64,000 nucleotides of DNA from Promethearchaeota archaeon (lineage in GTDB: Archaea; Asgardarchaeota; Lokiarchaeia; Sigyniarchaeales; SOKP01): contig JBHLNZ010000008.1 of the NCBI GenBank assembly GCA_048941015.1, positions 16,596 to 80,595 of the forward strand, given 5' to 3'. The notes under the pieces are model-generated. The model saw nothing but the letters and a program-made list of their open reading frames with translations. It did no database searches and was not told the origin of the DNA. Below, piece after piece: positions 37,685-47,847 of this stretch. Numbering within the stretch: position 1 is the first letter of the stretch; each line of letters starts with the position of its first letter. The position numbers and the translations under genes are program-made.

Positions 37685-39925
37685 TTAAAATGCAGGTTCA
37701 AATATATTTTTATCAATTAAGCTGAATATGGTCTCAATTTCTTTAGAATCAAATTTATTCTGTTTAAATAATTTTGAAACGTAAAAATATTTTGAACCAT
37801 CACTTTTTATGAGTTGTTCAGCCTTTTGAATAATTTCTTTTTCTATTGGATTAATTTTTGTTGCTCCAGTCTTTATTATCTTTAAAGGATATAAGAAAGA
37901 AGTTTTTAAGTTCTTTTTAATTAGAAGTTCCATATCATTAAAGGGTCTAACGTCACCTTTAAAATTTGCGAGGTATTTGTCATACTTTTCACCAATATCA
38001 ATAGCAAGTGCCCTTATGGAATCTAAGAACATATGAGAAGGAGTATCATTCATTATAAGGATAATTCGAAAGTGTTTAAATTCAGCCATTAATATCTTTG
38101 ATTTCTTATATTCGAGTTTTATTGTTTGGGTTTGATCGTCTGAGTCTGTTAGCTCTATTCCAAACGTCCTAATAGCTTCGAGAAAACCTGAAATAAGGGT
38201 AGTATCTAAAACTTTTCCAATAAAAGATTGTTCATATATATTTAAAGCAGATTTTTTATCGGAAACTATTATGTATTGGATATTCAGAAGATCATTACAC
38301 TGATCATATATTGCTTTTCTATATAGTTCCCGTTTCTTTTTGGCTTTTTTAATTAAAGTATAAGATGTGCTGGTGACTGCTAAAGTTGAACTAATAGCAA
38401 CAAATATAAGAATTAAAGTTAAAGGATTTATCGTAAACGGTACAATGATTTTAAATACCTGTGTCTCAACTCCTGCGTGAGTTCCATTGAAAAAATAGAT
38501 ATACACAATATAATCTCCTTCTATGGCATTATTAGGTATAGTATAAGAAAAGGTGTTATCAATTGAAGGGAGAGTCTTTGAAATATTATATTTCTCAAAA
38601 CCGTAAGGATTAATTAATTGAAAAGTGTATGTTCCTGGTAATGGTGAGTCTGAAAGAGAAAATTGTAATTCTTGACCAACTCTATATTGTGTCGAGGGTA
38701 TATTTAAGATGATTTCAGTATTTAATGAATTTGCGGTTATTTCCCAATCAGCTCCATTATCAATCGAATCATTTAAAATTATTATATACTTATCAATAAG
38801 ATTCTCTTGTATTTCTGACGTTATATCAATTTCATCCTTTAATACCTTTAAATCAAACCAATTTTGTGGATAATAAAATTGAACAGAATAGTTACATTCG
38901 CATCGCGAAATGGTTGGCTTAATACTCCAAATAGGATTTTGATTTGCTTTAATAAAAACTGATCCCTCAGAGTTTAAGATATTTTTCATATTAATTAAAT
39001 ATGAAACATTAAATGCTACTTGTACTGATTGGTTATGTAAAACAGGTACATATAAATTAGTACTATTCGGAAAAAGATTAAGATCTTCTATGGTTAAATT
39101 TCCTGTCCCAGGATTGATGCCATTTGAAACATTATAAACTTGGTTATTGATTGATAATGTCATATTAATATCTTCTGGTTTATAAGTAAGATCAGTCCTT
39201 TGAATTAGTTTATGTCTAAACGGTATTCCTGGCCCGTCTTCAATCCAATTTGGAGTATCATATTTTGCAATATACAAGCTTGTATGGGGTGAATCATCTT
39301 CATTCAAATACCAGGAAAGATCGGAATTATCATTTGTTTTATACTCAGAACCATTTATTAACAGATAATATTGTCCTGTAGTTAGGGATATAGGTGTTGG
39401 AAAATTTTGTATATACCATCCAAGATCATCAACAGTAACATTTAGTAAAACAGGTTCTCCATATATTGTATTATTTGGAGCATGAGTTATTTGATTATAG
39501 CCATTAATTTGCACATAAACATCACTAGAAAGTGGTATATTCAGATAGAGATATATATAAACTCCAAAAAGAAGGATATCATCAGTTATATTTAATTGGA
39601 CTCCATATCCTTTCGATCCTTTATTTATTACCTTGAAACTTGTTCCTCCTTCTTCTATTGACTTGATTTCTTGTCCTAATTTGATATCAGTAAAATTTAG
39701 ATCCATCCCTGTAATATTCCAATCCGAGGAGGGTAATGTAATATTAAGGGCATTTATATCAGAGTCTTCATGACTTTGATTTGCATATTCGATTAATTGA
39801 TAAACTGAGGTCTCAGTTAGTGAATCTTCATTTAACTGAGAAAAAGAAAAAGGAGTTTGAGAAATAATTCCAATCGTAGTAAAGATTAAGAGTAAAGAAA
39901 TAACTAAAATTTTTCGCTTAATCAT
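37685..39925 (-). CDS. Single-pass ectodomain-TM-longin-like protein (paralog 4, tail subtype B)
   Basis: GYGVQLNI, FYYPQNWFDL, TM, LISGFLEAIRTFG. Confidence 0.8.
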   Translation of the reverse strand: MIKRKILVISLLLIFTTIGIISQTPFSFSQLNEDSLTETSVYQLIEYANQSHEDSDINALNITLPSSDWNITGMDLNFTDIKLGQEIKSIEEGGTSFKVINKGSKGYGVQLNITDDILLFGVYIYLYLNIPLSSDVYVQINGYNQITHAPNNTIYGEPVLLNVTVDDLGWYIQNFPTPISLTTGQYYLLINGSEYKTNDNSDLSWYLNEDDSPHTSLYIAKYDTPNWIEDGPGIPFRHKLIQRTDLTYKPEDINMTLSINNQVYNVSNGINPGTGNLTIEDLNLFPNSTNLYVPVLHNQSVQVAFNVSYLINMKNILNSEGSVFIKANQNPIWSIKPTISRCECNYSVQFYYPQNWFDLKVLKDEIDITSEIQENLIDKYIIILNDSIDNGADWEITANSLNTEIILNIPSTQYRVGQELQFSLSDSPLPGTYTFQLINPYGFEKYNISKTLPSIDNTFSYTIPNNAIEGDYIVYIYFFNGTHAGVETQVFKIIVPFTINPLTLILIFVAISSTLAVTSTSYTLIKKAKKKRELYRKAIYDQCNDLLNIQYIIVSDKKSALNIYEQSFIGKVLDTTLISGFLEAIRTFGIELTDSDDQTQTIKLEYKKSKILMAEFKHFRIILIMNDTPSHMFLDSIRALAIDIGEKYDKYLANFKGDVRPFNDMELLIKKNLKTSFLYPLKIIKTGATKINPIEKEIIQKAEQLIKSDGSKYFYVSKLFKQNKFDSKEIETIFSLIDKNIFEPAF

Positions 39926-40191
39926 TATTTTTTTAATCTAAATCCCCTATTATTAATTTAAATTTAGTATTTTATAAAATAGATTAACTATACATTTAAC
40001 GTCTCTACTATTAATCTAACAAAAAATTAATGAAAATAATAATTTTTATAATTATCCATTTAGGAGATTATTAAATTGATGATACTGAATAAATATTAAT
40101 TTATTGAAATCGATTTTTTTTCGTTCTATTTAATAGCACTAAAAAAGAAAATAATAGATTTTCAACATTAATAGAAAAATGAATAAAAAAA

Positions 40192-40755
40192 TTATTTTAA
40201 TTTTTTAAGTACAAAAGCCATATTTTTTGCTAAGTTTTTAAAAGTTTTTATTCCTTCTTCATCTTTTAAAACTTCTCCTGGTTCTTTTCCTACACCTAAA
40301 TTCCAGTAACTAGAGCCTACAACAATCATTTGCTTTATTAAAAAGAAATAGTTTATACTTGAAAATACATGGACCCCTCCTGCTCGCCTAACAGCTACTA
40401 CAGCAGCTCCAACTTTATGTTTCAAATGTCCACCAGTAGCATATCCAGCTCGTTCAATTAATGCTTTTACACTTGAACTTACATTTGAGAAATATGTCGG
40501 TGATCCAATAATAATACCATCTGCCTGTAACATTTTTTCAATATATTCATTCATTTTATCGCCAGGGAGAACACATTTTTGATCATCATTATCTATGCAT
40601 TTTAGACAAGCAGTACATCCCTGTAACTTATTCATTCCAATCCACACATAATCACATTCAATACCTTCAGCTTCTAGTTCGTCCATTACTACTTTTAAAG
40701 AATGATATGTATTTCCTTCTTTTCTTGGACTCCCATTGAAAAGTACAACTTTCAA
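40192..40755 (-). CDS. Iron-sulfur flavoprotein (Isf / flavodoxin-like)
   Basis: GSPRKEGNT, CTACLKC-x7-C, GSPTYF, RRAGG. Confidence 0.9.
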   Translation of the reverse strand: MKVVLFNGSPRKEGNTYHSLKVVMDELEAEGIECDYVWIGMNKLQGCTACLKCIDNDDQKCVLPGDKMNEYIEKMLQADGIIIGSPTYFSNVSSSVKALIERAGYATGGHLKHKVGAAVVAVRRAGGVHVFSSINYFFLIKQMIVVGSSYWNLGVGKEPGEVLKDEEGIKTFKNLAKNMAFVLKKLK

Positions 40756-40887
40756 TTTAATTCAACCTCTACTTTTTATTAATACCTATTAAAATTCATT
40801 TAACATTAAAAATTTAGAGGAATTATTCTATATTTATTTATAGAAAAGTAATAGATTATTAGCATTTTATTTATAAATTTCAAATAA

Positions 40888-42138
40888 GTGTTTTTTCTGT
40901 TGGTAAAACCTGAATTACTTGCACCGGTTCAAGATTGGAACTCTTTAAAAGTGGTTTGTGGTCTAGCAGATTCTATATATTTTGGAGTAAAGCAATATAA
41001 CATGAGAATGGAAGCAGTAAATTTTGAATTGAATGACCTCAAAACTATTGTAGAATTTTGTCATTCTCAAAAATATCCTATTAAAGCATATTTAGCGACT
41101 AATATCTTAATATATGATAATGAATTAAGAGATCTTGAAAATCTAATTTTGCAGGCTAAAAAGGTGGGAATTGATGCTATAATTGCTCATGATTTAGCAG
41201 CTATTGCTATTGCAAAACGAAATAGTATGAAATTTCATATTTCAACTCAAGCGAATATTTCTAATATTGAATCTGCGAAGTTTTATGAACAATTGGGAGC
41301 AGAAAGGATAATTTTAGCGAGAGAATTATCTTTAAATCAAATTAAATTAATAAAGCATCATCTAAATAACACTAAAATTGAATGCTTTATTCATGGATCA
41401 ATGTGTACTTCCATTTCAGGAAGATGTTATTTATCTGCTTCGATTTGCGATTCTGAAGAGGCGTCAGCCAATAGAGGGTTATGTACTCAACCTTGCAGAA
41501 GAGAATGGAGAGTAATCGACGATGAAAATAATGAATTTATTTATGATGGTCGGATGTTTTTAAATGCTAAGGATCTATGCATGATTGAATACATTCCCGA
41601 GCTTATTGAAGCTAGAATCGATGCCTTTAAAATAGAAGGAAGGATGAAAGACCCATTTTACATTAAAACTGTAACAGAATGTTATCGAGAAGCAATTGAT
41701 AGTTACTTTAATAATACCTATACCAATGAAAAAGTTCAATATTGGTTAAATGAGTTATCTAAAGTATATAATAGAGGATTTCATACAGGATTTTATTTTC
41801 ATAGACCTACTATTGAAGATATAGAATTGGATAAAAGAGGGAATATTTCACCTTATAAGAAAATCTATATTGGCAAAGTTTTGTCCTTCGATGAAAAGAG
41901 TAAAACTGCAAATATTTTACTGGAAAGTTTAGAAGTTCCAATAAATATCGGTGATGAGATTATACTTATTGGTGAAAATTCTTATCAGATCGAGAAGATA
42001 AAGAAAATGGTTTATAAGGGAGAGAAGATAAAAAGTATTTTCAGAAAAAGATATACAGACCCTGTGAAAATAAATTTGCGTATCGAACAATGTGAAGTCA
42101 ATGATAAAATTTATATCCTTTATAAAACAAATAAGTAA
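40888..42138 (+). CDS. U32-family protein (TrhP-like Fe-S hydroxylase)
   Basis: PELLAP, HISTQAN, LARELS, HGSMCTSISGRC, CTQPCR, KIEGRMK. Confidence 0.9.
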   Translation: MFFLLVKPELLAPVQDWNSLKVVCGLADSIYFGVKQYNMRMEAVNFELNDLKTIVEFCHSQKYPIKAYLATNILIYDNELRDLENLILQAKKVGIDAIIAHDLAAIAIAKRNSMKFHISTQANISNIESAKFYEQLGAERIILARELSLNQIKLIKHHLNNTKIECFIHGSMCTSISGRCYLSASICDSEEASANRGLCTQPCRREWRVIDDENNEFIYDGRMFLNAKDLCMIEYIPELIEARIDAFKIEGRMKDPFYIKTVTECYREAIDSYFNNTYTNEKVQYWLNELSKVYNRGFHTGFYFHRPTIEDIELDKRGNISPYKKIYIGKVLSFDEKSKTANILLESLEVPINIGDEIILIGENSYQIEKIKKMVYKGEKIKSIFRKRYTDPVKINLRIEQCEVNDKIYILYKTNK

Positions 42139-42191
42139 TGATTGAAATCACGAACCTAAAATATAAGGTATAAGAATAGAGAGAACCCTAT

Positions 42192-42863
42192 ATGAGCTTT
42201 GAAGAAAAAAGAAGAAATTTAGTTGAAAGTTTAAAACAAAGAGATATATTAACTCAAAAAGACGTTATAAATGCAATGCTCTCGGTACCAAGACATAAAT
42301 TTGTTCCTAAAGAAGCAAGTTCCTCGGCTTATATTGACTCTCCATTATCCATCGGTTTAGGTCAAACCATCAGTGCGCCACACATGAATGCTATGATGTG
42401 TGAATATCTAGAATTAAAAGAGGGTGATATCGTATTAGAAATTGGAACTGGATCAGGATATCATGCAGCTTTATGTGCCGAAATTGTTGCTCCAAAAGGT
42501 TCCATTAATTCCGGTCACGTTTATACTATTGAGAGGCATAAGGAACTCGTAGAAAAAGCTAGAATCGCTTTGAAAGAATGTGGCTATAAAGACTCAGTGA
42601 CAGTTATTCATGGCGATGGAACTCTTGGTTATGAAAAGGCAGCGCCTTATGATAAAATACTAGTAACAGCATCTTCTCCTAATAAAATTCCACCACCTTT
42701 AAAAAATCAACTAAAAGATGGGGGGATTTTATGCATTCCCGCAGGTTCTAAAGAATGGGGTCAAAACTTATATATTTTGTATAAATCAGGAAATGAATTC
42801 GAAACTAAAAAAATAACTGGAGTTAGGTTTGTTCCACTTATTGGAAAATTCGGATTTGATTAA
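42192..42863 (+). CDS. pcm: Protein-L-isoaspartate O-methyltransferase
   Basis: VPRHKFVP, GQTISAPHM, VLEIGTGSGY, APYDKI, VRFVPL. Confidence 0.95.
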   Translation: MSFEEKRRNLVESLKQRDILTQKDVINAMLSVPRHKFVPKEASSSAYIDSPLSIGLGQTISAPHMNAMMCEYLELKEGDIVLEIGTGSGYHAALCAEIVAPKGSINSGHVYTIERHKELVEKARIALKECGYKDSVTVIHGDGTLGYEKAAPYDKILVTASSPNKIPPPLKNQLKDGGILCIPAGSKEWGQNLYILYKSGNEFETKKITGVRFVPLIGKFGFD

Positions 42864-42872
42864 TTAGAAGAT

Positions 42873-43016
42873 TTAGTCTAAATTATTCTTTTTAAGTTTT
42901 TCCTGCATCAATTTTTTTCTAATAGCTTTAATAAATTCATTGTTTTCAATATTATTTTTTAAGGATTTACTCGAATAAGAATAGCCATTTTGTTTTCCGT
43001 TTCTATGATAAACCAT
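42873..43016 (-). CDS. Possible 47-aa basic microprotein
   Basis: Not in ORF track. MVYHRNGKQNGYSYSSKSLKNNIENNEFIKAIRKKLMQEKLKKNNLD fills the pcm-GH57 gap. Confidence 0.35.
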   Translation of the reverse strand: MVYHRNGKQNGYSYSSKSLKNNIENNEFIKAIRKKLMQEKLKKNNLD

Positions 43017-43146
43017 TAGTCAAAAACCTATGATAAAAAGTAAAACTATAGGTGATATTGTGTAGTTAATATATTTAAATCTAATCAAAATCGACAATTT
43101 TAGGGCATATCGTACAAAATTGTAATTTTTTTTTTTAATAGAAGTA

Positions 43147-45348
43147 TTAATAAATGGTCAATTTTAGATGATATTCTTGTTTTCTCTTTAACTTGAATTT
43201 CGGGATTAAATTAATACCTTGGTAAATCTTTTTGTACCCTTCATCTGTATAAGCATAAGCGATAATTGGAAATTTGATAATTTTTATAGTATCTAAATCT
43301 GATTTTAAATCACTTAAAATTTCAAATTCAAAATTTAAATCGTAAGTATCATCATAAGCCTTAAAGTGAAAACCATCATATTCAAATGGCTTTAATAAAT
43401 CATTTTCTTCTTTTTTTAAAAAAATAACTTGATTGCTTTCCCATTTGAATCTATTCGGGTCCCCATTAAAGAAAAAGGGAATATCTATTCCCATATAAAG
43501 TTTATCTAAAATATTACTTAAAATAGATTCTTTTCCTGGCTCTCTTTTGAAATTGATTCTTATAAAAAGATCTAAAGTATTTTTTTCAACTTTTATTTTC
43601 TTAAAAACAGAACATGGATATTTTTCATTAGAATTAGTGTCTTTTACTTCGCCCAGAAGTTCTAAATCTATAATAGCAGATTTTCGATCTTTTATATTCT
43701 TGGTTATTACAAATTTTCCATCACAGAAAGTTCCGAATTCAAAGTAAGTATCTGATTGAAGTTCTTTCAATGAATTATTTTCATGGAAAAAACGCAGTCT
43801 TAAAATGCTCTTTCTATATCTATCAACCATGACTTCTTCTTGATTAATTTTTTCGCTATCATGATAAGCTTCTGGCCATCTTGTTAAGGTATTTAATAAA
43901 TTGTATGACTTTGGTTTGTAGTCTAATTCGAAAATAGTTCCCCCATCATCTGGATTTATATATAGATTTAAGAGATTAGATTCAATAATAATATCCATCT
44001 TACTATCTTTATTGAAATCAATTGGAATAATGGACATATACTCATTTGGTATTTTATTTATTTTTGAAAGGAGATCATCAATGATTTTTTCAGCATTTAA
44101 TAGATGGGTATAAACTGAAAATCTTAAGAATTGTAAATAAACTCCACCAAATAACCCATGCCAATAACAATCATTACATTGAGCTTTATAAATCTCATTC
44201 CAAGCATTTTCAATTTTAGTGTTATAGTATCCTATTTTTTCTTCACTCTTCAGATTTTTAATTCGGTTTTCAACTTGAATAAGCTTTTCTCTGACATGCA
44301 GCATTTTCTTATGCATATTATTTGATTCTGGATACTTTACCAAAAAATAACGCCAAAATCCACCTTTAAGAAATAAATATTCATCTTGTTTTTCTGGATC
44401 ATCTTTTAGAGTTTTTCTAATTTTTTTAAATCTTTTTCTAATTGGTGTAAGAAGCACCCATTCTTCCATTTTATCATAACTTGCAGTAGGAAGATAAACT
44501 AAGCCTTTTGCAGGAAATTTTTCCATATATTCTGATAAAGTAATAGATTTAACCCAATCATTATTAGTAATTTGTTCAAAAAAAGCTGGAATAAAAGGTT
44601 TACCTTTATCACCCTCTTGATGACCTTTTCCTTCAATGTAGCAGAATTCATGAGTTGAGCCCCAAACGCCCATTTTTTCGGCATCTGAAATCAATAATGC
44701 CACACGATCACCTTTTTCATCAGCACTTTTCTCTAAATAGTCAAGTGAGTAATAAGTTGGCTTCCAAGGTGTTAAATATCTTAATTGTTCGTTTATAGGG
44801 AATACTCTTAGGGTTTTTCCTTCGTCTTCTGTGACATATGAATAAAAAGTGTCTTCTTCAGTGATCCCTGTCCCCCTAAAATGATTATCATCAACTATAA
44901 CGTATTTTAAACCAGCATCATTCAAAAAAGAAGGATAATTCGGCTCCCAAACTCTTTCTGATAACCAAGCACCCTTAACATCTAATCCAAATTCACTCTT
45001 AATTAGAGCAGATAATTTTTTCAGCTGAACAATCTTATCTCTATAAGGAATAATAGCAAATATCGGTTCATAATACCCCCCTCCAATGATTTCTATTTGT
45101 CCACGTTTGGCCATTTCTTTTAGTTTTTTTATTACATCTGGTTTGTGATTTATAAACCATTCTAATAGATTTCCAGAAAAATGAAAAGTAACTTTTACAT
45201 CTGGATAATTAAAAATATTTTCTATTAAAGGACCATAGGATTTCCTAAAAGCATCTTCAATAACCCATTGAAAATTATCGACAGGTTGATGAAAATGAAA
45301 AACTATAGGAAGGTGGATTGTTTTATCCGTCATAAGATAAATCATCAT
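43147..45348 (-). CDS. GH57 alpha-amylase / 4-alpha-glucanotransferase
   Basis: HFHQP, WLSERVWEP (nucleophile E), SDAEKMG (acid/base D), AQCNDCYWHG. Confidence 0.95.
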   Translation of the reverse strand: MMIYLMTDKTIHLPIVFHFHQPVDNFQWVIEDAFRKSYGPLIENIFNYPDVKVTFHFSGNLLEWFINHKPDVIKKLKEMAKRGQIEIIGGGYYEPIFAIIPYRDKIVQLKKLSALIKSEFGLDVKGAWLSERVWEPNYPSFLNDAGLKYVIVDDNHFRGTGITEEDTFYSYVTEDEGKTLRVFPINEQLRYLTPWKPTYYSLDYLEKSADEKGDRVALLISDAEKMGVWGSTHEFCYIEGKGHQEGDKGKPFIPAFFEQITNNDWVKSITLSEYMEKFPAKGLVYLPTASYDKMEEWVLLTPIRKRFKKIRKTLKDDPEKQDEYLFLKGGFWRYFLVKYPESNNMHKKMLHVREKLIQVENRIKNLKSEEKIGYYNTKIENAWNEIYKAQCNDCYWHGLFGGVYLQFLRFSVYTHLLNAEKIIDDLLSKINKIPNEYMSIIPIDFNKDSKMDIIIESNLLNLYINPDDGGTIFELDYKPKSYNLLNTLTRWPEAYHDSEKINQEEVMVDRYRKSILRLRFFHENNSLKELQSDTYFEFGTFCDGKFVITKNIKDRKSAIIDLELLGEVKDTNSNEKYPCSVFKKIKVEKNTLDLFIRINFKREPGKESILSNILDKLYMGIDIPFFFNGDPNRFKWESNQVIFLKKEENDLLKPFEYDGFHFKAYDDTYDLNFEFEILSDLKSDLDTIKIIKFPIIAYAYTDEGYKKIYQGINLIPKFKLKRKQEYHLKLTIY

Positions 45349-45454
45349 TTTATAGTTTTAAATTTATCCAGAAGCTAATTTATTCATATAAAAAGATATA
45401 AATTTGAAAAGCCCCGCAAATTATATTAATTATTAATTTAATAATTGGTTAAAT

Positions 45455-47191
45455 ATGTCAGAAAAGTTTGATAAAAATTTAATACAGCAGATAATTGATT
45501 CTAACGAATTTAAAGGATGGCTTTTATCTAGGAGATGGTTTGGAGATAAATCTGCACTTTCAAATTTAGATTTTAAGATTGAAATACAATATTTTGAAAT
45601 TATCGAAGAACGTTTATTTATAACTGTTATTAAGATTGAATCTGGGGATTACTCTAAATCATATTTTCTTCCATTAATTTATTATCATAAAATTGAAGAA
45701 ATTCTTGAGCCAGATGAAAAAACTCAAGAAAATATTGTTAAATTAATTGGAAATACTTTTAGTAAAATGTTAATAAGAACTCTAAGCACTGAAGAACAAG
45801 GAAAAGTTTTTCCCGTTAATCTGATAGAGGCAGAATATTGTTTATTCTTTTGGAGAAAAATATTATTTGATACGATAATCTCAGAATCTTTCCCTTCTAT
45901 GTCTTTAGAATTGACTCTATATACAGAACAATTCCAAGATGAAATAAATATGACAAAAGTCCAGACTCTGATAGAAGCAAGTTTATATCCAGAGAGATAT
46001 AATCTCTCCCTTAAACAATTGGGTGGTGGAAATACGACAAATTTATTGTTTTTATTATACGTTCAAAATGTTAATAAGCCCCATCAGGATCCATTATCAT
46101 ATGTTATTAAATCTTATAAAGAATATTCTGAAAGCTTAGAGCCTAAAACATTATTCGTTCTTGTCAAAAATAAATATCCTAATGCTCCAAAAATTTATGG
46201 AACTGTGAGGTTTCATAATAAAGAAACAATTGGAATATTAGAAGATGTTCCTAACATGGGTAATTTAGGAGATATATATTGGAAGGAGTTAAACAATATG
46301 GTTAATTCAGTTTTTAAGAGTATTGATGATGATTATTCTCATCTTGCAGACAAAGAAAAGGTGTCTGAGATTATTAAAAACTTTTCTGTTGAGAGTTTAA
46401 GAGTGTCTGAACTAATTGGAGTTCATATTAAAGAACTTCATAAGGCATTGATTATAGTTGATGATAACCAATATAGTCAAGAAATCGTAGATAGTACAGA
46501 ATATCTAAGATTATACACTGAAAAACTTAACTTTATGCTTTCAACAATTCAGACAAACATGAATAAGAAATCTGAAGGTGCATTTTATAATTCTCCGAAA
46601 ATTGCTGCGATCCTTATAGATATTAATGATATCATTGAAAAGTTTCGAACGGAATTTGATGTTAAAAATATAAAAATTCAACCAGTTCACCAAGATTTGC
46701 ATATGCAACAAATCCTTTACAACAAAATAAATGATCACTATCACTTTTACTTTATTGATTTTGAAGGAGATCCTCAATTAGAGATCACAGAGAAAAAAGC
46801 TAAGTTTCCAATAGAAAAAGATCTAGGGAGTTTTTTGCGATCATTGAGTTATATTAAATTTAATACCCTTCTTAACTTCATTGAAAAAATGATAGTGGAT
46901 AAAAAGAAGTTTGAAGTACCAGAAGAATTTCTCTTTAGCATTTACTTTCGGAAATCAGCAAAAATTACTAGAAAACATAAAATGCTTGAATATCTATTAA
47001 AGCTACTAAATGCTTGGGAGAATAGAATGATGGGAAAAATTTTTGATAAAAGCCTAAATCTTCATTTCACTTTGATTAATTACTTCACGATTGAAAGAGC
47101 CTTACATGAATTAGATTATGAATTATTATATAGACCACGCAATATAATTATTCCCATTCTTGGTTTGAAAGAGCTAATTGACAAGTATTAA
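45455..47191 (+). CDS. Maltokinase (Mak/Pep2)-like kinase
   Basis: WLLSRRWFGDK, VHQDLHMQQIL, IDFEGDP, KDLGSFLRSLSY, ELDYELLYRP. Confidence 0.85.
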   Translation: MSEKFDKNLIQQIIDSNEFKGWLLSRRWFGDKSALSNLDFKIEIQYFEIIEERLFITVIKIESGDYSKSYFLPLIYYHKIEEILEPDEKTQENIVKLIGNTFSKMLIRTLSTEEQGKVFPVNLIEAEYCLFFWRKILFDTIISESFPSMSLELTLYTEQFQDEINMTKVQTLIEASLYPERYNLSLKQLGGGNTTNLLFLLYVQNVNKPHQDPLSYVIKSYKEYSESLEPKTLFVLVKNKYPNAPKIYGTVRFHNKETIGILEDVPNMGNLGDIYWKELNNMVNSVFKSIDDDYSHLADKEKVSEIIKNFSVESLRVSELIGVHIKELHKALIIVDDNQYSQEIVDSTEYLRLYTEKLNFMLSTIQTNMNKKSEGAFYNSPKIAAILIDINDIIEKFRTEFDVKNIKIQPVHQDLHMQQILYNKINDHYHFYFIDFEGDPQLEITEKKAKFPIEKDLGSFLRSLSYIKFNTLLNFIEKMIVDKKKFEVPEEFLFSIYFRKSAKITRKHKMLEYLLKLLNAWENRMMGKIFDKSLNLHFTLINYFTIERALHELDYELLYRPRNIIIPILGLKELIDKY

Positions 47192-47847
47192 CTTTCTTCT
47201 TCAGGAATTTTAGCGAATTCGAAAGAATAATGAGAAGAAGACCTAATAATTGGATTAATTTCTTTTTGATATTGAGTTCTAATTTTACTTGTGCTCTCGA
47301 TTTTTCCAGTTGTATAATCCTTATTGTACTCTTCTTGTCTGTAGAGCTGCCAAATAAAAGCTTCGACGAACTTTTGAGGGCCAAATTTATTCGTTATTAA
47401 TAGATAATTATCTTCATCAACGAATTTATTAAAATATCCTAAATTTTCACAAATGTCTAATTTATACTCTAAGTCATCCAATCGACCATTAATTCTTGCG
47501 ATATCATTAATAAATCGTCCTAATTTATTACCCCAATCTATTTGGTCTTCTTCCTCTACTCTTTCAATCAACTTTCGTAAATAACTTTTTTTTATTATTA
47601 TAAAGTCTCTGTTATCAGGTGATTTTAAAAACCCTTTTTGTTTTATTAAATATTGAGATAATTCTAGGTAATTTCTAATAATATCAGCTTTTGAGAGCCC
47701 TAATTTACTCATTAAAATATCAAGATTCAGGTTCAGTTCATTATCGATCCTTACAGTTATCACTTTGGTTAATTCCTTTGATTCTATATCTTCTTTGTCT
47801 TTATCAATTCTGTCTTTTCTTATTCTTGATCTGGGACTTGGACTCAT
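47188..47847 (-). CDS. Ribbon-helix-helix protein with C-terminal domain
   Basis: KVITVRID...LGLSKADIIRNYL. Confidence 0.75.
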   Translation of the reverse strand: MSPSPRSRIRKDRIDKDKEDIESKELTKVITVRIDNELNLNLDILMSKLGLSKADIIRNYLELSQYLIKQKGFLKSPDNRDFIIIKKSYLRKLIERVEEEDQIDWGNKLGRFINDIARINGRLDDLEYKLDICENLGYFNKFVDEDNYLLITNKFGPQKFVEAFIWQLYRQEEYNKDYTTGKIESTSKIRTQYQKEINPIIRSSSHYSFEFAKIPEEES

